Source of the DNA: Gammaproteobacteria bacterium
GTDB taxonomy: Bacteria > Pseudomonadota > Gammaproteobacteria > JAJFKO01
NCBI GenBank assembly: GCA_028284465.1
Contig: JANQRR010000027.1
Location: 2,181-66,180 of the forward strand
Direction of reading: 5' to 3'
Length of the DNA stretch: 64,000 bases
Position 1 is the first letter of the stretch, and every line of letters begins with the position of its first letter. The position numbers and the translations under genes are program-made. The notes under the pieces were generated by a model. That model saw only the letters and a program-made list of their open reading frames with translations. It was not told where the DNA came from and made no database searches. Below are positions 45,682 through 54,612 of this stretch, in pieces.

Positions 45682-48021
45682 ATGACCGAACGGTTGCAAA
45701 CATTTGATTTTAATCAACTTTCAGAACAAGACTTGATTGCTACCCTTGCCGAATACAATATTGTTCTTACGCCAGCTGAAGCCTTAACTATTCAAAACGA
45801 CATTTTGCAGCGTCCGCCGACCTTAGCAGAATGTATTTTATGGTCCATTCAAGGTTCAGAACATTGTTCGTACAAGAGTAGCCGTGAGCATTTACGTTTA
45901 CTCCCGACTGACGCGCCCAATGTGTTATTAGGTCCTAAAGAAGATGCTGGGATCGTTAACATTGGCACTGATGATCAAGGTCATCATTATGGCATCATCA
46001 TCAGTCATGAATCACATAATCATCCATCGCAAATTGTGCCTTTTGAAGGCGCTGCGACTGGTGTGGGTGGCAATGTTCGTGATGTCAATTGTATGGGTGG
46101 TGAAGTGATCGCAATTGCTGATAGTTTACGCTTTGGCAACATTAACGATCCGAAAACGCAATGGGTGCAAGCTGGGGTCACCGCTGGTATCGCCAGTTAT
46201 GGCAATGCCCTTGGCATCGCTAATTTAGCAGGCGATATTGAATACCACCCTGGGTACAACGATAATTGTTTAGTGACCGTAATTACCTTAGGTATTATTC
46301 GTGACGATCATATTTTACATTCCTACGCCCCGCAAAACGCTGCTGGCTATGATTTAATTTTGGTTGGCAAACCCACCGATAAAAGTGGTTTTGGTGGTGC
46401 AAGTTTCGCTTCATTAGAGTTGACTGAAGAAGACAAAACTCAAAATCGCGGCGCGGTACAAGAACCTAATGCTTTTCTTGAACGTCACTTATTAAAGGCC
46501 AACTATGCATTATTTAAAATCTTACACCAAAAAAACTTGATCCATAAAGTTGGTTTTAAAGATTTAGGCGCTGGTGGTATCGCTTGTGCGAGTGTGGAAT
46601 TAGCCGATGCTGGCGGTTATGGCGCTGAAGTCAATTTAGATAATGTTCATGTCAGCATGGCACACTTAAATCCATCAGTGATTTTGTGTGCAGAAACTCA
46701 AGAACGATTTATGTGGGTCGTGCCACCAGAGATCACGCCATTAATACTTAAACATTATAATGAAACTTTCGCCCTACCCGATGTTTCTGTCGGCGCTAAA
46801 GCGAGTGTGATTGGTAAAATTCGCACTGATGGCAATTACCTTGTTAATTATCAGCAACAAACACTAGTGTCTGCTAAAGCCAATGCGATCACTAAAGGTT
46901 TAATTCATCATCGCCCACATCAATCACCACAAAATAAATATCGTGAACCTCAACTGGCGCCACCGCAAGATCACAATGCAGTCTTACTCGCTTTGCTTAG
47001 CCATGAAAACATTGCTAGTCGCAAACCTATTTTCGAAACCTATGATAAGCAAGTACAAGGCCGCACCTGGTTTGAAGCAGGCAGTGCTGATGCTGGCGTA
47101 ATGCAACCGTTTAACTCTGATGATTACCCTCCTGAAATTCAACACATCGGTATTGCTTTATCGACTGATCATAATCCACGTTACAGCCAAATTGATCCGT
47201 ATTGGGGTGCGCTCAATGCGGTAGTGGAAAGCATGCGTAATGTTGCAGCAGTTGGCGCTACGCCACAAGCGATCACTGATTGTTTATGCTTTGGTAATCC
47301 AGAAAAACCTGAACAAATGGGTGAATTTGTCGCTGCAGTGCAAGGCATTGCTGATGCCTGTAATGGTGTTCATTTAAAACAACATCGCGAAGCACCTACT
47401 CCAGTGATCGCCGGTAATGTATCGTTATATAACGAATCTGCTCAAGGTGCGATCCCAGCGAGCCCAATGATCAGTTGTCTTGGCAAGCTTAATGATATTA
47501 ATAATGCAGTTAATGCTGATCTCAAACAAACAAATACTGTGTTAATAATGATTGGGGAACGTTTAGATGAATGCGGCGGTAGCATTTATTATGCGCTTGC
47601 TGATGAAATTGGTAATCAATGCCCAAAGCCTGACTTAAACGTAGTAGCAAAACAAATTTATGCGTTAACTGATGCGATTGAACAACGTTTAGTATTAAGT
47701 GCTCATGACATTAGCACAGGTGGTGTTGCCGTTGCTTTAGCGGAAATGAGTTTTAACAATGGCATTGGTTTTAGTGCAGAGATCCCAGGCGAACTACCGA
47801 CAGCAAAAAAATTATTTAGCGAAACCGGTGGTTTCATTATTGAAGTCAATAAAATTCATGTTAATCAAGTAAACGAAATTTTTGCTGACTATGGGTTAGA
47901 TGCGATAACGATAGGACATACCAATAACCAGCAAATGATTTGCATTAATGATGTGATTAAAATCCCAGTTGCGCAAGCCAAGCTACATTGGCAAAACGGT
48001 TTACGCCAGAAAATGGTGTGA
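45682..48021 (+). CDS. purL: phosphoribosylformylglycinamidine synthase subunit PurL (small, split-type)
   Basis: 779 aa with duplicated AIR-synthase-like domains (SEHCSYKSS, ESHNHPS motifs). Confidence 0.93.
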   Translation: MTERLQTFDFNQLSEQDLIATLAEYNIVLTPAEALTIQNDILQRPPTLAECILWSIQGSEHCSYKSSREHLRLLPTDAPNVLLGPKEDAGIVNIGTDDQGHHYGIIISHESHNHPSQIVPFEGAATGVGGNVRDVNCMGGEVIAIADSLRFGNINDPKTQWVQAGVTAGIASYGNALGIANLAGDIEYHPGYNDNCLVTVITLGIIRDDHILHSYAPQNAAGYDLILVGKPTDKSGFGGASFASLELTEEDKTQNRGAVQEPNAFLERHLLKANYALFKILHQKNLIHKVGFKDLGAGGIACASVELADAGGYGAEVNLDNVHVSMAHLNPSVILCAETQERFMWVVPPEITPLILKHYNETFALPDVSVGAKASVIGKIRTDGNYLVNYQQQTLVSAKANAITKGLIHHRPHQSPQNKYREPQLAPPQDHNAVLLALLSHENIASRKPIFETYDKQVQGRTWFEAGSADAGVMQPFNSDDYPPEIQHIGIALSTDHNPRYSQIDPYWGALNAVVESMRNVAAVGATPQAITDCLCFGNPEKPEQMGEFVAAVQGIADACNGVHLKQHREAPTPVIAGNVSLYNESAQGAIPASPMISCLGKLNDINNAVNADLKQTNTVLIMIGERLDECGGSIYYALADEIGNQCPKPDLNVVAKQIYALTDAIEQRLVLSAHDISTGGVAVALAEMSFNNGIGFSAEIPGELPTAKKLFSETGGFIIEVNKIHVNQVNEIFADYGLDAITIGHTNNQQMICINDVIKIPVAQAKLHWQNGLRQKMV

Positions 48022-48095
48022 CATGATGCTAGTATGGAGAAAACAACACAATTTGAATCAAGTTAAGAACGAGTATCTTGGTTCTGGTTTTGTGT

Positions 48096-48186
48096 CGTCA
48101 TTGCGAGGAGTGCAACGACGAAGCAATCCAGAAAATCTTTAACCGCTCCTGGATTGCTTCGTACCCTACGGGTCCTCGCAATGACG
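48096..48186. repeat. MITE-like palindromic repeat, full copy B (opposite orientation to copy A)
   Basis: cgtcattgcgagga-gtgcaacga-cgaagcaatccagaa...tcctggattgcttcg-taccctacgggt-cctcgcaatgacg. It lies in the purL-purM spacer. Confidence 0.75.
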
Positions 48187-48203
48187 GGAAGAAGGAATAT
48201 AGT

Positions 48204-49244
48204 ATGGAAAAATACGATTACAAATCAGCGGGCGTTGACATTAATGCTGCAAATGATGCAATCAGCCGTGTTAAAACTAACATTCACACTACATTTAACG
48301 ATAATATTCTCAGTAAAATCGGCGGCTTTGCTGCAATGCTGGATCTGCATTCACTCACCACTAATTACAAACATCCAGTTTTAGTGCAAAGTGTCGATGG
48401 CATTGGTACTAAAGCCATTATCGCTCGTTTAATGCAGCGTTATGACACCGTTGGCATTGATTTATTAAGTGCTACTAGCAATGACATTCTAGTCGTAGGC
48501 GCAAAACCTGTTACTCTGCTCGATTATATTGCGTGTGATAAATTAGAGCCGGATGTGATCGAAGAAATTTTAAATGGTTTAACTGAAACCTGTAAACAAC
48601 ATCAGGTAGCATTAATTGGTGGTGAATTAGCTGAAATGCCTGATACTTATTTGCCTGGCGAACATGATATTGTCGGTATTGTTTCGGGGATCGTGGAAAA
48701 AGACAAAATCATTACCGGTGCTGATATTGCTGTTGGTGATAAAATTTTAGGGTTGGCATCAAACGGCTTACATACTAATGGTTATTCATTAGCTCGCAAA
48801 GTGTTATTTAACCATGGTTATAAATTTGATTCGTATGTGCCTGAATTCAATGCTAGTGTTGGCGAGATCCTGTTAAGCCCACATTTAAATTATACTCATC
48901 CAGTATTTTTATTATTAAATAACAATATTAACATTAAAGGTATGGCGCATATTACTGGCGGCGGTTTAGTGGAAAATATCCCGCGAATTTTACCGAAAAC
49001 CTGTGCTGCTACGATTGTTAAAAAAACGTGGCCGGTATTACCTGAATTTAAAATTTTAAAAACCCTTGGCGAAATTGCTGACAATGAAATGTATCGCACG
49101 TTTAATATGGGGATCGGTTATGTGTTTGTGGTTGCTCCAGACCAAGTTGACAAAATACATACATTAATGACTGAACTTGCAGAATTTAAACTCTATGACA
49201 TTGGTGAAATCACTCCCGGAACACAAGAGGTGAAAATCGTTTAA
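48204..49244 (+). CDS. purM: phosphoribosylformylglycinamidine cyclo-ligase (AIR synthase)
   Basis: The start is taken at the ATG at 48204 (MEKYDYKSAGVDINAAN, typical PurM N-terminus), preceded by GAAGGA. The ORF-track extension from 48078 runs through the repeat element. Confidence 0.9.
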   Translation: MEKYDYKSAGVDINAANDAISRVKTNIHTTFNDNILSKIGGFAAMLDLHSLTTNYKHPVLVQSVDGIGTKAIIARLMQRYDTVGIDLLSATSNDILVVGAKPVTLLDYIACDKLEPDVIEEILNGLTETCKQHQVALIGGELAEMPDTYLPGEHDIVGIVSGIVEKDKIITGADIAVGDKILGLASNGLHTNGYSLARKVLFNHGYKFDSYVPEFNASVGEILLSPHLNYTHPVFLLLNNNINIKGMAHITGGGLVENIPRILPKTCAATIVKKTWPVLPEFKILKTLGEIADNEMYRTFNMGIGYVFVVAPDQVDKIHTLMTELAEFKLYDIGEITPGTQEVKIV

Positions 49245-50506
49245 TGAATATTGCTATTATCTCTTTTCCAGGCTCTAATTGTGAACGCGAAACAGCACTA
49301 GCAATCAAACGTGTTGGTATGAACCCGATTGAAATTTTATGGAATCAACTTGATGATAGTTTAGATCAATACGCTGGTTTTATTATTATTGGCGGATTTT
49401 CATATGAAGATCGTGGTCGCGCCGGCTTGTTAGCTGCATTGGATCCATGCATGTCATTATTATCTCGCCAAGCCGAACTTGGCAAACCCATTTTGGGGAT
49501 CTGCAATGGCGCACAAATTTTAGTTGAGAGTGGCTTAGTGCCTGGCATGGCTAATCATCAATTAGGCATGGCATTGACGTTGAATAAACGTATGGCTAAT
49601 AATCATGTGATCGGCACCGGTTATTATAATGACTGGGTGTATTTAAAAACTAAGCAACCTGACAATAATGCGTTCATGCGCTATTTAAAACCCGAACAAC
49701 CTTTGTATGTGCCCATTGCGCATGCTGAAGGTCGATTTGTGATCCCGCCAAAATTACTTGCAGAAATACATGCTTCCCCTGCTAGCATTTTATATTACTG
49801 TGATGCAGATGGTAATATTGATCCGCAATTCCCTATCAACCCCAATGGATCGATCGACAACATCGCTGGCATTTCAAATTATCGTGGTAACGTAATGGCC
49901 CTCATGCCACATCCAGAACGCTGCTGCGCTGGTGATACTATTTTTGCATCCATGCGTGATTATATTAGTGAAAACCAATATCCAACGCCGCAACGATTTA
50001 GTTACCAATATAATGCAAAACCATTAGCAACCTATCAGCCTGATCCACAAAACATTGAATTTTGTGTCGATACTATCATTACGGATAATACTGCCGTATC
50101 TGTCAATAACACTTTGACTCAGCTCGGGCTCAATGCTCACTTAACTCGACAAACTCACTGGGAAATTGCTACGAATACTAAAAAGCGTGCCCCACTACGC
50201 CAAGCGATCATCGACAGTTGTGAATTATTTAATCCCAATAAAGAAATGTTAGTTGAACCACCAACTTCAACAACGACAACGACAATTTTAGTGCGTGATC
50301 AAGAAGATTTTGCTGGCATGCATATTCATGATATCCTGCACAAACATTTTAACCTTGCTGAGATCACTGCTGTTACCAAAGGTACGCTATGGCAGATCCA
50401 TAGTGATCCTGCTAATCATGATCAAGTTGTTGCAGCAATCTTAGCTAAACATGTATTATTTAACCCATATGCGCATGAATATTTCCACTATCAAACAACA
50501 AATTGA
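49244..50506 (+). CDS. purQ: FGAM synthase glutaminase subunit PurQ fused to two tandem PurS-like domains
   Basis: The first ~240 aa have PurQ motifs (GGFSYEDR, GICNGAQIL, MPHPER). The last ~160 aa form two ~75-aa segments that each end in a PurS-like C-terminal motif (ELFNPNKEMLVE and VLFNPYAHEYFHY). Confidence 0.8.
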   Translation: MNIAIISFPGSNCERETALAIKRVGMNPIEILWNQLDDSLDQYAGFIIIGGFSYEDRGRAGLLAALDPCMSLLSRQAELGKPILGICNGAQILVESGLVPGMANHQLGMALTLNKRMANNHVIGTGYYNDWVYLKTKQPDNNAFMRYLKPEQPLYVPIAHAEGRFVIPPKLLAEIHASPASILYYCDADGNIDPQFPINPNGSIDNIAGISNYRGNVMALMPHPERCCAGDTIFASMRDYISENQYPTPQRFSYQYNAKPLATYQPDPQNIEFCVDTIITDNTAVSVNNTLTQLGLNAHLTRQTHWEIATNTKKRAPLRQAIIDSCELFNPNKEMLVEPPTSTTTTTILVRDQEDFAGMHIHDILHKHFNLAEITAVTKGTLWQIHSDPANHDQVVAAILAKHVLFNPYAHEYFHYQTTN

Positions 50507-51446
50507 ACAGCGCCTTAAACATTGCTTAGTGCATACTGATCTAATGCCGCATAAAGTAACTGGCAAAGTACGCGATTGCTATGATCTTAGTGATCGGCTA
50601 TTACTTGTCACCACTGATCGCTTAAGTGCCTTCGATCGCCATATCGCTAACATCCCTTGCAAAGGCCAAGTGCTTAATCAATTAAGTGCCTGGTGGTTTG
50701 CACAAACGCAACATATTATTCCCAACCATGTGATCAATGTGCCTGATCCTAATGTTATTGAAGTCAAAAAATATCGAGTATTTCCCGTGGAGTTTGTGGT
50801 GCGTGGCTACATCACTGGCACCACTAACACTTCACTATGGACATTATACCAACAAGGACAGCGCCAATTTGGTGAATACCAATTAGCTGATGGTTTAAGC
50901 AAAAACCAAGCATTAGCGCAAGCGATCATCACACCGACGACTAAAGCTTATGATCATGATCAACCGATCACCGCAAAAGATATCATTGCTCAAGGATTAA
51001 TGACTGCAACCCAATGGGAAGCTGCAAGTAATGCTGCCTTGCAATTATTTGCCTTTGGTCAACAACGTGCAAATGAGCGTGGGCTTATTCTAGTTGATAC
51101 TAAATATGAATTTGGGCAAGACAATGCTGGGAATATTGTGCTGATTGATGAAATTCACACTGCTGATTCTAGTCGTTATTGGCTAAAAGATAGTTATCAG
51201 CAACGCTTGTTACAACAACAAGAACCCGATAATCTTGATAAAGAAATTTTACGCTTATGGTATAAACAACATTGTGATCCTTATGGTGATCAAGAATTAC
51301 CAACAGCACCTAAAGAATTGATAGTTAAAGTCGCGAGCAGTTATGTACAACTATATGAAATGATCACCGGTGAACAATTCGAATTTCCTAGCATGCAACA
51401 ATCCATTAATGATCGCATCAAACATAATTTAAATTTGCAGTGCTGA
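50475..51446 (+). CDS. purC: phosphoribosylaminoimidazole-succinocarboxamide synthase (long form)
   Basis: SAICAR synthase pattern (GKVRDCYD, TDRLSAFD, LVDTKYEFG). The start is uncertain among 50451, 50469 and 50475, and the gene overlaps the purQ end. Confidence 0.88.
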   Translation: MNISTIKQQIEQRLKHCLVHTDLMPHKVTGKVRDCYDLSDRLLLVTTDRLSAFDRHIANIPCKGQVLNQLSAWWFAQTQHIIPNHVINVPDPNVIEVKKYRVFPVEFVVRGYITGTTNTSLWTLYQQGQRQFGEYQLADGLSKNQALAQAIITPTTKAYDHDQPITAKDIIAQGLMTATQWEAASNAALQLFAFGQQRANERGLILVDTKYEFGQDNAGNIVLIDEIHTADSSRYWLKDSYQQRLLQQQEPDNLDKEILRLWYKQHCDPYGDQELPTAPKELIVKVASSYVQLYEMITGEQFEFPSMQQSINDRIKHNLNLQC

Positions 51447-51450
51447 TTAA

Positions 51451-51494
51451 GAATTCCTCCCCCTTAGCTAGGATAGGAGGAGGAATTGTTTTGG
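51451..51494 (+). terminator. rho-independent terminator candidate after purC
   Basis: A 9-bp perfect GC-containing stem aattcctcc / ggaggaatt (51452-51460 and 51479-51487) is followed by gttttgg. Confidence 0.55.
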
Positions 51495-51640
51495 TGCATT
51501 CGCTTCTTCAGTTTGATGGAATAAACCTCCAAAGCGATGTGGAGAGAGTCACATTAAGACATCATCCTTGATGTGGACTCATCCTTAAGTCCGTTACCGT
51601 CGCAATCCTGTCCGAATCATCCTTGGTGCCACAACTGTAC
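51451..51640 (-). ncRNA. candidate CsrA/RsmA-titrating sRNA (RsmY/RsmZ/CsrB-like)
   Basis: The minus strand carries three AAGGATGA motifs plus ACAGGAT, AACGGAC and TTGGAGG. GGACT-TAAGGATG-AGTCC (51575-51592) places a GGA in a hairpin loop. The candidate ends at the 51452-51487 hairpin, and its boundaries are approximate. Confidence 0.45.
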
Positions 51641-51862
51641 ATGAATACAACGGTTCGGTATGTAAGCCCAAAACCATTCGTTAGGTAGGAAATACCCCAT
51701 AGGTTTTGATTTGCACAGCAAAATTGGCATTAAAATTACCTAAATTGAATTTTTTGGCTTTTTTTTGATCCATTATACTCGCCGTGCAAATTGTTTGCTT
51801 TTTTGCTTAAATTAATAAAATTAGCTAGTGCAAAAGTAGAATTTAATAAAACGAGTAAGATT

Positions 51863-53389
51863 ATGCAAACAATTGATATCTCCAATTTGATCGATCAGCA
51901 CGCTCACAATAATGCCGCTAAGCCTGCGATTATTTTTCCTGATCAACAACAAACGTTTACCTATAAACAATTATATGATCAAGTCATAACGCTAGCAGGA
52001 TATTTTCAAGCAAATAATTTTAGTAATAGCAAGCTAGCTATGTATCTCCCTAATTCGCCAGAACAAATTTGCATTTACCTTGCTTGCTTTAAAACTGCAA
52101 CGACCGTAATACCCTTAAACTATCGTTATAAAGCTGCTGAGATTATTCATGTGTTAGATCATTGTGATGCGCAGTATTTAATTGCACATGAAGAAAAGCT
52201 CGATGAAATCAACCAAATTGATTTTTCTCAAACTAACATTAAAACCATATACATTGTTGGTGATGACCATGCCCGCCACCCTGCCTCTTTTATCAATTTT
52301 GCAACATGCTTAGCTCACTCGAATAATTTCGACCCCTCATTTCCAAAAACCAATGATCTTACTGTGGTGTTCTATACATCAGGATCAACCGGTGAGCCTA
52401 AAGGAGTAATGCATTCGACTGAAACCACAGCAAGCGTTTTTGTTAATGCTATTGATGCTGTTTCTCTTAACCAACATTCCAAATTTTTATTATGCGAGTC
52501 TGCTAGCCATATGGGAACTTTTTTAAGTTCATTTAGCAACTTAGCAATAGGTGGAACCACTATTTTATTAAAAACCTTTACTTGTGAAAGTTATCTTGCT
52601 GCCATCAGCAAATATAAACCCACGTTAATTATAGCCTTAGTACCCAAATTCATTGAACTAATCAATCACCCTAATACTAGTAAGGTAGATTTTAGTTTAT
52701 TAAAAATTTGCTACACTGGCGGTAATAAAGTTCCTGAATCTTTGCAGCAACGCTTTAAAAAACTTACCGGTGTCCCTTTGTGCCAAGGTTATGGCATGAC
52801 TGAAGCTGGTCACGTTACGATAAATCCAAATCCACCAACTGAAAAATATCACTCTATCGGTAAAGCTGTTAAGCATGTGCAAATTAAATTGGTTGATCAT
52901 AATCAAAATGAAGTTGGTATTAATGAAGATGGTGAAATGTGGGTGAAAAGTTCTGCCAACATGATAGGTTATTGGCAGAACCCGCAAGCCACTGCCGAAA
53001 ATTTAGTGGACGGCTGGTTACGCACTGGTGATCTTGTAAGTCTCGATGCTGATGGTTATTACTGGTTTAAAGCACGTATCAAACAAATTATTATTCGTGG
53101 TGGATCTAATATTGTTCCGCAAGAAGTTGAAGAAGTTTTTTATCAGCACCCTAGTGTTAAAGCAGTTGGTGTTGTTGGCATAGCCGATCCAACATTTGGT
53201 GAAGTGCCAAAAGCTTATGTGGTATTAAAGTCACAACAGCCGATTACTGCAGAAGAATTAATTGCCTTTGTCCGGCAAAAAATAGCAGCTTATAAAGTAC
53301 CTGAAATCATTGAAATTATTAATGAACTTCCGCTCACCGCGGTTGGCAAACTTGATCGCAAAGCATTAACTAAATTAGCGAACAAGTAG
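51863..53389 (+). CDS. AMP-dependent acyl-CoA synthetase/ligase family protein
   Basis: AMP-binding motif YTSGSTGEPKGV plus a C-terminal GKLDRK. The start is taken at the ATG at 51863; the ORF-track TTG is at 51791. Confidence 0.85.
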   Translation: MQTIDISNLIDQHAHNNAAKPAIIFPDQQQTFTYKQLYDQVITLAGYFQANNFSNSKLAMYLPNSPEQICIYLACFKTATTVIPLNYRYKAAEIIHVLDHCDAQYLIAHEEKLDEINQIDFSQTNIKTIYIVGDDHARHPASFINFATCLAHSNNFDPSFPKTNDLTVVFYTSGSTGEPKGVMHSTETTASVFVNAIDAVSLNQHSKFLLCESASHMGTFLSSFSNLAIGGTTILLKTFTCESYLAAISKYKPTLIIALVPKFIELINHPNTSKVDFSLLKICYTGGNKVPESLQQRFKKLTGVPLCQGYGMTEAGHVTINPNPPTEKYHSIGKAVKHVQIKLVDHNQNEVGINEDGEMWVKSSANMIGYWQNPQATAENLVDGWLRTGDLVSLDADGYYWFKARIKQIIIRGGSNIVPQEVEEVFYQHPSVKAVGVVGIADPTFGEVPKAYVVLKSQQPITAEELIAFVRQKIAAYKVPEIIEIINELPLTAVGKLDRKALTKLANK

Positions 53390-53400
53390 CTACTTATGCC

Positions 53401-53431
53401 TGCAATGGCAAAAAGCCATCTTGCATTTTTT
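53401..53431 (+). terminator. rho-independent terminator candidate
   Basis: The imperfect hairpin tgcaatggc-aaaaa-gccatcttgca is followed by a tttttt run. Confidence 0.5.
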
Positions 53432-53481
53432 CACTTAGAATTTTAGTCAAGAAAGTAACTTTTTTAAATTATAAACAAACA

Positions 53482-53856
53482 CTATACACTCAGCATAAAC
53501 TTCTTTACTAGCACATCACCCAAAAAAACCATTGAGATCCCCATAGCCACTTGTATGACGATATAAAGAATCGCCTCATATTGATATCCGTTTTTCAACA
53601 AATCAAAGCTATCTAAGCCAAAAGCTGAAAATGTGGTGAAACTACCTAAAAAACCTGTAATGATAAGTAAGCGATAGTGTTGGCTCAGGGGATGATACCA
53701 AGCTGCCAACGAACTGATCACTCCTATCAGAAAACATCCTATTATATTAACCAGCATTGTTGCTAAGAGAGAATTATTACATGCCAGAGCCACGAAATAA
53801 CGCAACACCGCTCCCAAGAAGCCTCCCAACCCCACAAAAATGACTGTTGAATTCAT
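53482..53856 (-). CDS. crcB: fluoride ion channel CrcB/FluC
   Basis: 124 aa with four TM helices and CrcB-like motifs (GGFLGAVLRY, GFLGSFTTFSAF). Confidence 0.85.
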   Translation of the reverse strand: MNSTVIFVGLGGFLGAVLRYFVALACNNSLLATMLVNIIGCFLIGVISSLAAWYHPLSQHYRLLIITGFLGSFTTFSAFGLDSFDLLKNGYQYEAILYIVIQVAMGISMVFLGDVLVKKFMLSV

Positions 53857-53978
53857 TAATTTCGCCCTTTTGTATTACTAATTAATTTAATGGCCTAGTA
53901 TAACGGATAAATGTAGTATTTTATCGTAGAATATTGTATAATCTATTGTCATTTTATGAACCAGTTAAAGGAACGACC

Positions 53979-54509
53979 ATGCGACGCTGGCTGTTGATCA
54001 GCTTGTTATTGCTATCTCAAACGCTGTGGGCTGCGCCACATCCTGCTGCTGCGCCCAACAAACCGAAAAAACCCCTTACCCATAGTGATAAAACCAAAAT
54101 GAACCATGTGATCGCGCTGTTGAATCAGCCTCTGGATAAAATCCAAGCTTGCGCGCACAAAGGTATTATTGGCTATCAAAACGCTTTAAGCGCCATATAT
54201 TTAGTGGGACGCGTCAATATTCGTAAAAATCTGGTAACTGCATATGCCTGGGCTTTAGTAGCTGAATACCAAATTCGTCAAACTAAGCAAAAATCATTGA
54301 TCAAAGCTCAAGAAAAAACTTTAAAATTCATTCGTAACAATCTTGATGAAGCGCAAATTAATCAAGCTGAAGTGTTAGCAATGGATTTTGTGAGAAAATA
54401 TGCTGATCACTGGCCTCGGCAACCGATTTTGAAGGCTGCTGAATTGCCTGAAGAATGTCAGTTACATTTTTATCAGCATGATCTAACTAAGAACCTGTCT
54501 ACACATTAG
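53979..54509 (+). CDS. hypothetical secreted protein (signal peptide; possible single Sel1-like repeat)
   Basis: The start is taken at the ATG at 53979 after AAAGGA. MRRWLLISLLLLSQTLWAAP is a classical Sec signal. The Sel1-like reading of ...AYAWALVAEY... is weak. Confidence 0.5.
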   Translation: MRRWLLISLLLLSQTLWAAPHPAAAPNKPKKPLTHSDKTKMNHVIALLNQPLDKIQACAHKGIIGYQNALSAIYLVGRVNIRKNLVTAYAWALVAEYQIRQTKQKSLIKAQEKTLKFIRNNLDEAQINQAEVLAMDFVRKYADHWPRQPILKAAELPEECQLHFYQHDLTKNLSTH

Positions 54510-54612
54510 GATTTTTGTTTAAAGACAAGGCGAATTGGTTTTGAAAAGAGGAGAAGCTAATGCAGCGCAGTATTTGGGTAACTAGGCAATTTGAAGGCAA
54601 AGGCAAATTCTA

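Noticed and set aside
53857-53978. Expected fluoride riboswitch (crcB motif) upstream of crcB
   Set aside because: The 5-prime region is short and AT-rich, and I see no GG.GATG...CC.CC...GCTGATGATGCCTAC-like conserved core. No riboswitch is called.
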